DNA of 63,922 nucleotides, counting the filler, from Olpidium bornovanus S191 (Eukaryota > Fungi > Olpidiomycota), in the NCBI GenBank assembly GCA_017911155.1. It is 25 parts of 25 records of this genome, joined end to end, with 100 filler letters (N's around TTAATTAATTAA, not from the genome) between each part and the next. Parts side by side here need not be neighbours in the genome. Positions count along the whole stretch, not along the records: positions 1 to 5,005 come from JAEFCI010003345.1; positions 5,106 to 7,746 come from JAEFCI010012195.1; positions 7,847 to 9,194 come from JAEFCI010013217.1; positions 9,295 to 11,303 come from JAEFCI010000863.1; 21 more parts are not named here. One strand, 5' to 3'. The notes below the pieces were generated by a model. That model did not search any database. It saw only the letters and a program-made list of their open reading frames with translations, and was not told where the DNA came from. Positions 1 to 11,303 of this stretch are shown here, in pieces. The translations under genes were made by a program, and so were the position numbers. Within the stretch, counting starts at the first letter, position 1. Each line of letters starts with the position of its first letter.

Positions 1-450
1 CCCCCTTCCCCGCCCCCCCGAACCCTTCCCGCGCCCGCCCTGTCCCCGCCCTCGGACGACGTGCCCTGCGCGCAGGTTCAACGGCCGCCGACAGCGGTGT
101 TACAGGCCCTTTGCGGCGGTTGCGAGAACGAGTCCTGGTGCGCAGGCGGTGTCCTGATAAATTTGAGCGCCGCCCCTAGCAGCCACCGAGGTTCTGCTTC
201 GCCTCCCACGATATGCAAGGGCAGTCGTCTCGTTGTGTACGGAACGCCGTGTCACTGAAGGTTCCTTGCAAACTCGGCTAGGTGGCCCGCATCAGCATCA
301 GGCCGCCCACTCCGCACCCCGGAACCTGCAGCACGGCGGTTTGGGGTTGCGGCGGCTGCGTTCCTCGGAGCCTCCCTTGCGCTGCCGGCGGACTCTGCTG
401 CTCTTTGCGTCGCCGGTTCCGCGCTTCGGGCGGCTGCGGCGGCAGCCTTC

Positions 451-3400
451 ATGACTGATCTTGACAGCGTGTCGGCCTACGGGCCGTTCCCCGCTCTTTC
501 GTCGGGCAACCTTCTCCGAGCGCGGGTGCAGCACACGTCGGAACCGCTGCTGAGTCATGCGGTCGAGGAAGAGCCCGAGCACAGGCGCCTGCGCGAAAAC
601 GGCATCATCCGGCTGCAGCAGTCGGAACCCTCCCTCTTCTCTGCCAGCGGTGGCCCGGACGTCGACGCTGGCCGGTTCCTGACCGACGAGGAATACATTT
701 CGGCGTCGCAGCTTCTGGAAAACGTCGTGTCCGAGAGCCAGAGCAGGAGGTTGAAAGTGATCACCTTGCCCGGCGGCAAGCAGGTTGTTAATCTGTTTGA
801 GAACAAGGATCGAGAGTACAAGGAGAGGGCGTACGAGCTGGTCTATGGAACCATGAAATGTATGCGCTATGGATCCAAAATCGAGCTTCATCTTGCACGA
901 TTCCATCCATTGCCGTGTTCACAGTGGTTTCCGTCGTGGTTGCGACTTCATCTGGAAACACTACAGACCTTGGCGTTATCGACACGATCCTCGTTAAAAC
1001 GCAGTTTTTAGTGTACAACAGCCAGGTATGCGTTTTTAGCGGCTTGCCCGTATTATCCCCGGGGAATACCGGCACTGGAAATTGCAAACTCTTGCTCGTC
1101 GCCCGCAGTTCCTCGACAGCTTGTGCTTGGTGAAAGTCATGCTTTACGAGCTCATGAGGTGGAACTTCGATTACAGCAAACGCATGGGCATCCGATACGT
1201 CTTCAAGAGTTCCGAAAATCCCGTCCAGGTCGTCGTGGACCTGGCCGAAGCCCTCAGGAGACACCAGACGAAGCTTGCGGCTGCGTTCGCCCGCATCAGG
1301 ATAGAAAAGCACGCGTCCGGCCGCAATCCGAAAGAGCAGATGGAAAACATCCTCCCGGAGGACGTGAGACGTAAGGAGTCCGCGGCTGGTGAGTTCAATC
1401 CTTTGCTCGGTCGCGGTGCGTCCGTATTAAACGCAGAACATGCCAGCTTGCCTCCAAACCAAAGTAACGTTCTTCCGTCGCGCAAAAAAATGAATTTTGA
1501 GTTGAAATGCCAAAGACCATGCGGGTCAACACTTTAAAGTGTTCCCAAGAGGAGGTGATGGCTTTTTTGGTTGATGCCGGTTATCCGGTGCAAAACGCAG
1601 GCGTCAATGTGGGATCAGTTGGGTAGTAGGTCTCGTCGTTTCGTGCGTGAGAAATGAGGTGTTGCCCCAGGCTGTAATAATGAACTCTTATTTTAAATTT
1701 ATAGCGACGCGCCGGATCCCATAAAGCCTGATGATGGCTTTGATGATCTGCTTGAAGTATCGGCCAAATTGGCACACCAGCTAAAGAGCTCGCCCTTGGT
1801 CGCCGAAGGTCTACTTGTACCCCAGGTAGGACGGACGGGCCTCTCTTTTGCTTTTTTCGTCCTTCGGTAACACCATTTGGAAGCTCACTTTTGCTGAACG
1901 AGGTGCGTCAGGATAAAGCAAGCTTCTTCGGAGCGCAGCAGCTCGCAGCGAAATTGCGGGAAAACCCGCGTTTAACTATTATGGAGGTTGGGGCTGCGTC
2001 AGGTAAGTCGTTTGTTCTTGATCGAGAAGGTTGGCTTAGACGTGATCTCACTCTCCGGAGACAAACAAATTTTACAGGGACCAAAACGTGCCACCTCGCC
2101 GCGCTTATGTCAAACGAGGGGAAGATATTTGCAGTTGAAGACAGGAAAGCCCGAGTGCTGGCGTTGAAAACGAAACTTAAGACCTGTGGTGTAAAAAGTT
2201 GGAGTCGTCCGATTTGCTGGATAGCTGGTTCCGTTCGTAACTGGATGCAGGCCCATTGATGTTTTGGCGCTCTCTCTACATCCTCTTGTGGGTTGCCCGG
2301 ATTAGATGTTGAGATTTTCGAAGAGAACTTCCTTAGCTTGAACCCTTCGGACAACCGCTTCCGGGATGTGTCCGTTATCGTCGTTGAGCCTCCAAGCTCT
2401 GGCACAGCGATTGTGGACAAACTGGAGTATTTGCTGGAGGAAGAAGGTCAGAATTTGTGAATTGACATTGGCATCTGAGCTCGAGGTTAACATTTTGAAA
2501 CACCCCCGCCGTCGGCGCAGAGTTCCCATTTGAGGAGTACTCGGGCAAGGACTTCGAAGTTTTGCAAAGGAACCAGAAGCGGCTTCTGCAGCACGCGTTT
2601 GAGTGTGAGACTCTTCTGCTCAATAAATGAAGCTGTTGTATTACAGGTTTGACAATCGGAGCCTTCTGATTGCGTGCATAACAGTTGCCAGTGTACAGTG
2701 CGTGGTGTATATCACCCGCTCCACAAAGACGGAAGAGAACGAAGAGATCGTCAGCGAAGCTTTGGAGACCTCTGCTTTCGATCTGCAGGCCGTGTTGCCA
2801 GGCGTGCACACGAACAACAAGGTGCATGCAGGATACGGTAAGACAGTCAACGCGTGATCCTCCGTACACTGCTTTTCTGCTGACGGCTTTTACGCGAACG
2901 GCACATTTGTTGACGGCTCCCAATCGTCAGACGAATGCCTCAAGTTGGAGCCGACGACCGACGCGAACGGGATATTCATTGCTTGCTTCGAGCGGATTGC
3001 AGAGGAAGACGGCGCGGTGTCCGGCGACGAGGTAACGGGAGATCTGGATCAAATGGCTCTGTTCGGCGAGCAGCAGCAGCACCGTCACCGGCAACACGGC
3101 ACTCCGAGATCAGCGGGACACGAGCTTGACCAACCGAAGAAAAAGAAGAAAAGCCGGCCAAAGGTCCGCCGAAGTTCGACCAAAAGCCATGCGTCGCTGC
3201 TGCGAGGAAGCTCCAAGTCGCTGACTCGCAGCAGATCCGGCCTGCGTCAGCAACTCTCCCAGGCGGCGGCAGACTTCTCGTCCCTGCGCGCGGCTCCCGC
3301 TGCGTCGTTCGAACGGCCGGCTGGGCGCCACGCGAAAGGTTTGAATAACGACCCCGCGCGGCGACGCTCGTTGGGGGGCGACCTCCATAAAGCGGAGGAA

Positions 3401-3745
3401 AGCAAGGACGACGGCAAACTGAGCACGGACGACGATGACGAGTCCCTCCTACTCGATCCCGCCGAGCACCACGAGCGCAGAGCCAGGCGCTTGGCTCGAA
3501 AGGGGGGCGCGAATCACCTGGAGGATTACAACATCCCACTGGGTATTTTTGGACACACCCTCAAACACTTTTATTCTCCTCGGTACACGGTCCAGGCCGC
3601 GCGGAGGGACGACGGAGCGTCGCCTCCTGCGAAGCCCAAGAAGTGGATATATCCTGTACGACCTTTCGCCACTGGTGTTGTTTTTTTTTGCCCAATTGCG
3701 CGCGGCTATTCTTCACGCGTGGCGATCGCGGGCTCATACTTTTAA
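451..3745 (+). CDS. NSUN7: NSUN7-like RsmB/NOP2/Sun-family m5C methyltransferase homolog (multi-exon, boundaries approximate)
   Basis: Spliced exons give KVMLYELM...TKLAAAFARIRI...ILPEDVRRKE (NSUN7-type N-terminal), QDKASFFGA, KTCHLAALMSNEGKIFAVE, EENFLSLNPSDNRFRDVSVIVVEPPSSG, VVYITRSTKTEENEEIV, NGIFIACFER; GT-AG intron 2605-2684; low-complexity basic tail. Confidence 0.8.
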
Positions 3746-5005
3746 CCCTTATTGCCGGCCGCAGGTCCCTAACCCGCGTCCTTGGTTTTAACGGCACGCG
3801 CGTCGGCTTTGGCGGTGCGTTTGATCGACTGAAGTTTTCGACTTTTGCCCCGTGCGAACAAGGCGGGACACTTGGCATGTCTGACCTAGATTCGGTTGAT
3901 GCCCTCCACTGCGACCGCAACGTTGCCGTGCATGTCAGGTCTGTCACGGCACAACCGATCCCTCCTAAATCCCTTCGGGAGTCTCACTGCGGCTCACAGC
4001 GTCCTATCCGGGGTTCGGCGGGAGGGCTAGATCGAAGAGAAAACTTAAATAACTGTTTTTGAGTGGACACCACAGGTAAAGGCGCGTTGTAGGCAGGTGT
4101 TCACCGTCCCCAAAGACGTTTGGGAAAGGTAACTCTGAGGCACGTGTAGGGATGATGGCGGCGCGGTGTGGTTGGCAGCGTGATCTGTTGGGTTTTTGGG
4201 AATCCTGCTGTTCCCGCCCCAGCATCCTCCGAGTGAACCCGAGGTGTATTTCTGGTCTGAAGGGGTTGTTACTCTTGACCGACCGGGGGGTGTCAAATTC
4301 GCTTGGATGTCAGTGATATCGCCCTTTGCTGGGGGAAGTTCGAAACGGCTTCTTTGTGCGGATCCAAGGGCGGAGCGCTTGTCGACTCAAAGGACGGCTC
4401 ACCTCTGATGACTTCTTATACCAAAACCGCTTGGTGACAGCCCTGAACTTTTGCCCCTTTTCTGTCTGCCGACTGATCCTTGTGAGTTGTGAGTGGACCA
4501 CAGGGCCTATCGGTTGCCGCAAATTTTCTTCGCCCAACCGTTCGTGTGATTTTTTTTTTGTGTGTGTCGGATTTAGCCAGCGCATCATCATGCCCGTGCG
4601 GGTTTTCACGTGTTTATCCGGACGTACAGGCGGGCCGCGCGGCCAATTTGCGGCCCACGCCGGACGACATGCTTCTGCAGAAAGCAACCAAAATCATCGC
4701 CAGTTTACCTGGGCTCCCCTTCTCCAACCATTTTGACCATTGCGACAAATGGTTTTCTCGCGAAGCAGGCCCGGTTAGTTTACACTCCCAAAAGAGGCCG
4801 TGTACACACTCTGCGAACTCGTTTCACGCTGACGTTTTTGGCGCTTTGCCGCTTGCTATTGACAATTCTAAAAATGCGGTGTCGCACTCAGAACATTCCT
4901 CTCGGCATGCAAAATATTTCATGCTGACCGTCCATGAAGCATTAATCCTCCTGCAAGCATTTAAGCTCTTCAAAACCCTCATCGAGATAATTACCTGCAC
5001 GATAA

Positions 5006-5105
5006 NNNNNNNNNNNNNNNNNNNNNNNNNNNNNNNNNNNNNNNNNNNNTTAATTAATTAANNNNNNNNNNNNNNNNNNNNNNNNNNNNNNNNNNNNNNN
5101 NNNNN
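5006..5105. other. Artificial contig-joining spacer (first of 24)
   Basis: N44-TTAATTAATTAA-N44 (stops in all six frames). Same 100-bp spacer starts at 7747, 9195, 11304, 12620, 16741, 19429, 20869, 22253, 24249, 27098, 28934, 30843, 35005, 36662, 39149, 41119, 44994, 47422, 54770, 56616, 59891, 61447, 62818. Confidence 0.99.
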
Positions 5106-6120
5106 CATGCTGGTGATACGTTGAGCGTCAAAAAGTTCTCAGTAACCTACCCTTGGGAATGTAATAAACGTTGAAAGTCACATAGCCAAGAGGGATGGTT
5201 ATGAGATCCAAAACCCCATTCCAATTCGCTAGCAGCTCTGTTTCTCGTCCTTTGATTCACCAAGTGTTCCGCCGGACAGAAAAGGAGTCACCGGCTGATT
5301 TGCTGGCGACCCTGACGGCACCTTCACCTCTGCAAACACCAGTAGTCTGCACTCATTTGGGGGGTGGGGTGTGAGTGAGATCTGCTACTATTTTCCCGGA
5401 ATGTTGCCAATTCGCGTGACAGTTTGACACGGCGAATTTCCAATCATTGGTTGAGATCAAAGAGTATGGTTATCTAAGCATTTTAGAGGAGTCGACAACG
5501 ACGTGCCAGACGGGCTTAGCCGGGCATCCTGTCTAGAAAACCGAACTATTAAAAGGCGAATGGTCGACAGATGGACAGGAGCATGACGAAGGCAAAACAC
5601 CGACGATCGTGTCGTCTGCTCAGTTACGGGGCCAATCTTGGTGGAAGGGGACACCCCGGGACCAACCAGATTGACCTTTATCAGAAATCTCGAAGATCTG
5701 ACGCAAACAATCAGAAAGTACCGCGATGCCGGCCCAGCCGGGACGGAGTGAACAAGAACACGCGCGTTCCTGTGCGGAAAGGAAAAAAAAATGTGGACGT
5801 AATCCCCAAACTGCAAAAACGTTCTCTGTCAGCTTGCCTTTTGTTGGTGGCGCGGGTAACCCGCGTTTCAGATTTGCGTCAAGGAATGACCGTGATGAGC
5901 TCGGGGAATTCGTGGAAAATCTGCGTGCAGGAAATGGACAGAGTCGAAGTGGGTGGAAAAGAGGGCGGTGCGGCGATTTGGGGAAAGGGCCGGTTGCGAT
6001 GAGAAATTTTGGTGGCGTTTTTTCTTTTTTTTTTTTTTACCCCTGCAACGTGAGGCTGTTCTGGGGAACGACTTGCGCACCATCGCCGAAGAGACGACGG
6101 CGGTCAGACGGAGGCACGCG

Positions 6121-7746
6121 ATGGGAGAAGGAGAACGTGTCGCTTGCAGGCAGCAGCCGTACCCGCCGAAACTGCGCGAACCCGACGCGTCGGCTTTGCG
6201 GGAGCGTGCGGTGCACTGGGCTTTGTCGCACGGCCTCGTTTACCGCCCCGCGAGGGACCCGCCCGTGCCGTGCCCGGAAGCGACAGTGACCCACGCGCCT
6301 GTCGCGCTCTTTCCGACGCCGTTTCCGGAAAGGGCCTTTCTGCAGGCGGTGGGTCTGCAGCCGCTTTTTAACCAGCTCGTGCACTCGGTCAGTCTCGACA
6401 GGGAATTCGTGGCCGACGTTATGGACAGGTGACTTTTCTGACGGCCGGACGACGGGGAAGAGTTTTCCCCGCCCCGGAAGGGACCGATCTTAACTAAAAT
6501 CAAGCGAATTCATTTTCTGCTCGTACGATGGGTGGGTGGGTGGGGGGGGGACCGGCTGTTAATCCAGAATAGCCGAGGTTGACTCGTTCACGGGGCGCAT
6601 ATATGAAATCTACAAGACAGTCATGCGCGAAGGAGTGCGACAGGTTGGGCTTCCTTGCGACCGTAGCAGCTGTTCCTCGTCCGCCTTAACTCGCCGCACT
6701 ACGCACCGGATCCTGATCTTGTCAACCTCGTTCCCTTGCCGGTCTAGGAAATTATCCTTGGCATTCTTCGATCTGATTACATGTTGCACCATCCAGAAAA
6801 TGCAGCACCGGAAACGGAACCAATAATTCAGCAGGTCGAGCTGAACACCATCGCGGCGTCGTTCTCTTCCCTTTCTGCCGCCGCTGGGGATCTGCATCGG
6901 TATGTTCTGCAGTCAAACACAATCTCGCTGCAGGAACGGGGAGAATGCGCCGGGTCTTACACGACCAGAACGGGATTCTGTTTTGTTGAATCTGCGGATC
7001 ACGGCAAAAAAATTCGAAGGCACTTGGCATCCAGGACGGACTATTACCAAGATAATGCAGAAAATGCGCCGGAACCACGCATCACTGTGCACGGCTTGCC
7101 TTTCAACAGATCGTCGTTTGAGATCGCGAAGGGAATTGCGAAAGCGCACGAGTTGTACAATAGAGAAAAGTGTGTAAAGGGATCGGATGGACGCTCCCGG
7201 AGAAATAACGCGAATCCCTTGGTCTGCTTTTACTCATCTACGTTTTACACTTGTGAAACGGTTCGGCGATTTTTATTTGCTTGCGCGCCTTCCGCATCCT
7301 CAGCGCGGTTGCCGTAATGGTCGTGCAGCCTGGAGAGCGGAACGTATTCGACCAGCGCAAGATAGAGGAGGTCCTCTGGGAGAAGTATCGTGTCAAGCTC
7401 ATCAGGAGCACTCTTGCGGAAATAAGCGCCTCCGGAAAATTGTCGGACGGAGAGGGTGCACTTATGATGTAATTCATGATGACTGGCTGTGGCTACGTAC
7501 AATGGCTGGTTGGAGGCGGACTTACGGAACTTTTTGGTCTAATATGTTCCTTCCTTTGTTTCGGCTACAAGCGGAGGTCTCGAGGCGTCCGTCGTGTATT
7601 ATCGCGCAGGATATGGACCTGACGATTATCCTACCGAGGCTGAGTGGAACGCCCGCCTCCTTGTCGAGCGGTCCCGTGCCGTGAAATGCCCATCCGCGGC
7701 GTACCAATTGGTTGGGACAAAGAAAGTCCAGCAAGTTCTGGCCATG
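6121..7746 (+). CDS. GSH2: Glutathione synthetase, eukaryotic type (3' partial, multi-exon)
   Basis: [104 protein letters not shown]. Confidence 0.95.
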
Positions 7747-7855
7747 NNNNNNNNNNNNNNNNNNNNNNNNNNNNNNNNNNNNNNNNNNNNTTAATTAATT
7801 AANNNNNNNNNNNNNNNNNNNNNNNNNNNNNNNNNNNNNNNNNNNNATCCTCTCC

Positions 7856-7909
<54 letters not shown>

Positions 7910-8198
7910 AAAGCACGAGCCCCCGGCGGGCGCGGCTCTACTACCTGCCATCCCATCCCCGTTCCACCGAACGTCCTCTGCTCCCGGTCCCCTCGGCGTC
8001 GAGAGGACTCTTGAGACATTTCGAGCTCGACAACCTGGCGCTCCCGGGCAGGAGCAGTAGGTAAGACTGCGGCGATCGGGGGCAGTGACGACCAGAAGTC
8101 CCGGAAGTAAGTCGAAGTCGTTGATGGGCTGGTTCGAGGTTGTTGAGAGCAAGTAGGCAGAGCTGGCGACGAACCCGGAACTGGGGAGGGCCGTCGTC

Positions 8199-9194
8199 AT
8201 GGCGGACAGCGGCGTGACCCTGCTGGTCGCGTAGATGCGAACGGCAGAGATCCGGAGCGTGATCCAAGCGTTTGTCGCTGCCGAGGGGCGCTTCAAACGG
8301 CGCAACGTTACAGACTACCTGCGCCGTTTCGACGTCACCGTCAAGTCGCTGCGCCTGGCTGACTCCGAGGTCGCGTCGCAGTTCGAGCTCACCGTCCACG
8401 AGGACTATGATGATCAGGTATGTGAGCTGACAGCAGGGAAGTCGTGGCGGAGGGCGAATAAGGCTTTCCGCGAGGCTTTCCGCCATTTCGACGAAACAAG
8501 AGTGACAGTAGAGCGCTTCGTCGCGTGGATCAACGGGTCCAAAAAGTGTGACGACCCGGACGACATTCTCCGGGGCTTCGACCGACGTTTCGGGTATCTC
8601 GATGCTACCGAGCGAACGTATTTTGCGGAAAAAACGATGTGGCTACTGCGCGCCATGCCTCTGAACATCCGCCGCGAGGCAGCTAGAGGGTTGCGCGATG
8701 GGGATGTACTTACGGCGGATTGGGCACACGTAGCAGATACTATTCGCAACCTTTCGAAGGTCACGCGGGTCATGCGCACGGTCAAGGAGGCACCGTGCCC
8801 GTCGACGTCGGAGAAAGATCTCAATCTGCCGCCCTCGACGAACAGGGCGGTGGTGCCCGTCGTCGAAACCCGCCGTGGTGATGTAAATAATCTGTGCGAC
8901 CGGTTGGAACAGTTGTCGCTGAATTTTATTGCAGCAATAGAACGACTTCAGACGTCGACGGCCTTCGATGCCGATGCTGCCCGCACGACGGTGGGAATCC
9001 GCTTTGACGCCGGGAGGTCCGCCCACGTGATGGTGGGAACCCGCGCCGGCACTGGGAGGCCCGCCCGCAGGACAAGTCCACGTCTGTATGTGGTGTGATC
9101 GAGAAGGACATCTTAGTGCGGTGACCTGCGCCTCAGCCTCAATCGCGGAGAGGTTTGCCTCGACAACCGTGGGCTTGTCTGCCGCGTCGACATG
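8199..9194 (+). mobile_element. Degenerate LTR-retrotransposon gag (probably Ty3/gypsy)
   Basis: ATG 8199, in-frame TAG 8232-8234, capsid-like ORF (GRFKRRNVTDYLRRFD...SWRRANKAF), zinc knuckle CMWCDREGHLSAVTC at 9085-9129 in the +1 frame; tentative TGG-initiated primer-binding-site-like sequence at 8164. Confidence 0.6.
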
Positions 9195-9326
9195 NNNNNN
9201 NNNNNNNNNNNNNNNNNNNNNNNNNNNNNNNNNNNNNNTTAATTAATTAANNNNNNNNNNNNNNNNNNNNNNNNNNNNNNNNNNNNNNNNNNNNAAGAAT
9301 TCCAGCGAAGTCCGAATTCACGCAAA

Positions 9327-9385
<59 letters not shown>

Positions 9386-9390
9386 CCCCG

Positions 9391-9430
<40 letters not shown>

Positions 9431-9493
9431 AAAACAAAACGGGCCAGAAGAAGAAAGAGAGCAGAATTGCAAAACTTTTTTTATTTTTTGTAC

Positions 9494-9529
<36 letters not shown>

Positions 9530-9660
9530 GAGAAAAATTTTGTGCGGGCGGCGCGCAGGCAGAATAATGCCCGCCCGCAAACAAAAACCAGCCGCCCGCC
9601 CCGCCCCCGCACGCCACACACGCGCGGCGGCCCCCATTCCCCGCCGGACGGAGACCGAAC

Positions 9661-9688
9661 GAGAGAGAAAGAAAGAGAGAGAGAGAGC

Positions 9689-9737
<49 letters not shown>
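9661..9737. repeat. (GA)n microsatellite upstream of SWD1
   Basis: Long GAGAGA run next to poly-A tracts; length may be inflated by assembly error. Confidence 0.8.
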
Positions 9738-9740
<3 letters not shown>

Positions 9741-9948
9741 TAGTAGACAGAGAGTAAAGAGAAAGAGAGATGAGAGAGTAGAAAGACTGAGACTGAGAAA
9801 GAGACTGAGAGAGAGAAAGTGTGAGCCGGAGGAGTGCCGAAGGGGAACGACGAGAGGCGACCGCGAGGACGGCGGAAGAGCACCGCAAGCAGAGGGGAAA
9901 AAAAAAAAAAAAAAAAAAGGCGAGCGCCGCGGACGAGAGGGAACCAAT

Positions 9949-11303
9949 ATGAACCTCCAGCTGCTCGGTGCGTGCGTTGTTTTTGACGCCTCCCGGCCTT
10001 TGGAGTGGAGTCAGTCCGGGGCGGGCCAGGAGGGCCCCGGGCGGGCCGGGCGGGGCGGAGGTCGGAAATCTTTTCCCCCCCCCCCCCCCCCCCTTCCACC
10101 CCCGACACACGCACGCGCGCGCGAACGGACGCACGCACACGCTCCCGTGCGGGTTGCCCGAGCTCCGGGGCCCGCACGGAGGGAGCGCCCTTTGTCTCGC
10201 GGCGCGTTTTGTGACCGAGCTCTCCCGTCGCCGCGGCTCCCTTCTCTCCCGCCGCGAAATGGGGTGACGACGCGATGCCCCGGCCGCGCTCCCGCCACCG
10301 AACCCAGATCCTTTCCATCTTGACTACCCCGACTGCATAGAGTCCGTCCTGTCCGACTGCGAAGCCGCCTGCGTGGCCTTCAACAAGGCCGGATCGCTGC
10401 TTGCCGCCGGCTCGCTCAAGGGCGACTGCTGCGTGTGGGACTTTGACACGCAGGGCGTTGCGAGGCGTCTCTGCGCGCACGAAGAGAAGGTCACCAGCGT
10501 GAGGCACGTGTGTGCGCGCGTCACGCGTCGTGTCTGTCTTCGCGATTACAGGGGGACAGGAACGGGCACCGGCGGTGGTTCAGTCCGTAAAATTGGCGGC
10601 GTGCTTTTTCTTTACTTCAGCCGCAGCGGTGTGCTGACCGGTCTCTTCCCGGTTTCGCGTCTTGCATTTATCCGGCAGTTGGTCGCGTAGCGGCCGGTTT
10701 TTGCTATCCTCTTCCACTGACGGGTCATGCCGATACTGGGACCTTCTGGATGGTAGCTGCCGCGACACTGTGCATTTCCCCGCTGCGGTGCTGACAGCGC
10801 AGATGCATCCCAGAAACAAGTAGGGACGCGACCGGGTTCCGCGTCTGTCAGCCCGGTGTTCGGCGGCTGCCGCGGATTCTGGCTGACAAATTGTAGGGCC
10901 GGTCACTCTGTCTTGTCGCACCGCCCCAACGTGCGAACGGCGACCGCAGCTCGCAGTTCATCGCAGTCGTCCACCAGCACAAACCTGTTCTGATCGATAT
11001 CTCGTCAGGATCTGTGGAACGGATCGACGTGCTTCCTGAAGTCGCGGAAACCAAAACAGATGCTTCGCCGGCGGGCCGGCCGCGAAGCGCCGGCAACATC
11101 GGGTACGTTTCCCCGCACCTGCACGGGCACCCGCTTGGCGCCCAGTTCGTATCCCACCTTATGCGCTCCGGGATTTCTCGTCCTCCTACTTTCCCAGGCA
11201 CGCCACCTACGCCTGCTTCGACCGCCGCGGCAGGCGACTGGCGGTGGGGACGGTGCGTGGATACCTGATACTGGTAGACCTCCAGAAGCGGGCAATCACA
11301 TGG
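9949..11303 (+). CDS. SWD1: COMPASS WD40 subunit SWD1/RBBP5 (3' partial)
   Basis: MNLQLL + intron 9968-10307 + DPFHLDYPDCIESVL...FNKAGSLLAAGSLKGDCCVWDFDTQGVARRLCAHEEKVTSV, WSRSGRFLLSSSTD, HATYACFDRRGRRLAVGTVRG. Confidence 0.9.

Noticed and set aside
252-452. Ala-rich minus-strand ORF whose start codon overlaps the NSUN7-like ATG (CATG at 450-453)
   Set aside because: Short, low complexity, no motif; overlapping starts follow trivially from the CATG palindrome.
3878-3907. MSDLDSVDAL resembles the MTDLDSVSAY start at 451
   Set aside because: Similarity is limited to about 7 residues and does not extend; treated as chance.
5050-5061. Regularly recurring TTAATTAATTAA as CRISPR-like or biological repeat
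   Set aside because: Always centred in 44+44 Ns; it is a scaffolding linker with six-frame stops.
9300-9560. Poly-Phe/Lys/Gly/Pro ORFs here and near many contig ends (e.g. 20479, 30943, 36486, 44860, 59700, 62711)
   Set aside because: They come from long A/T/G/C homopolymers at contig edges, typical of sequencing or assembly error.
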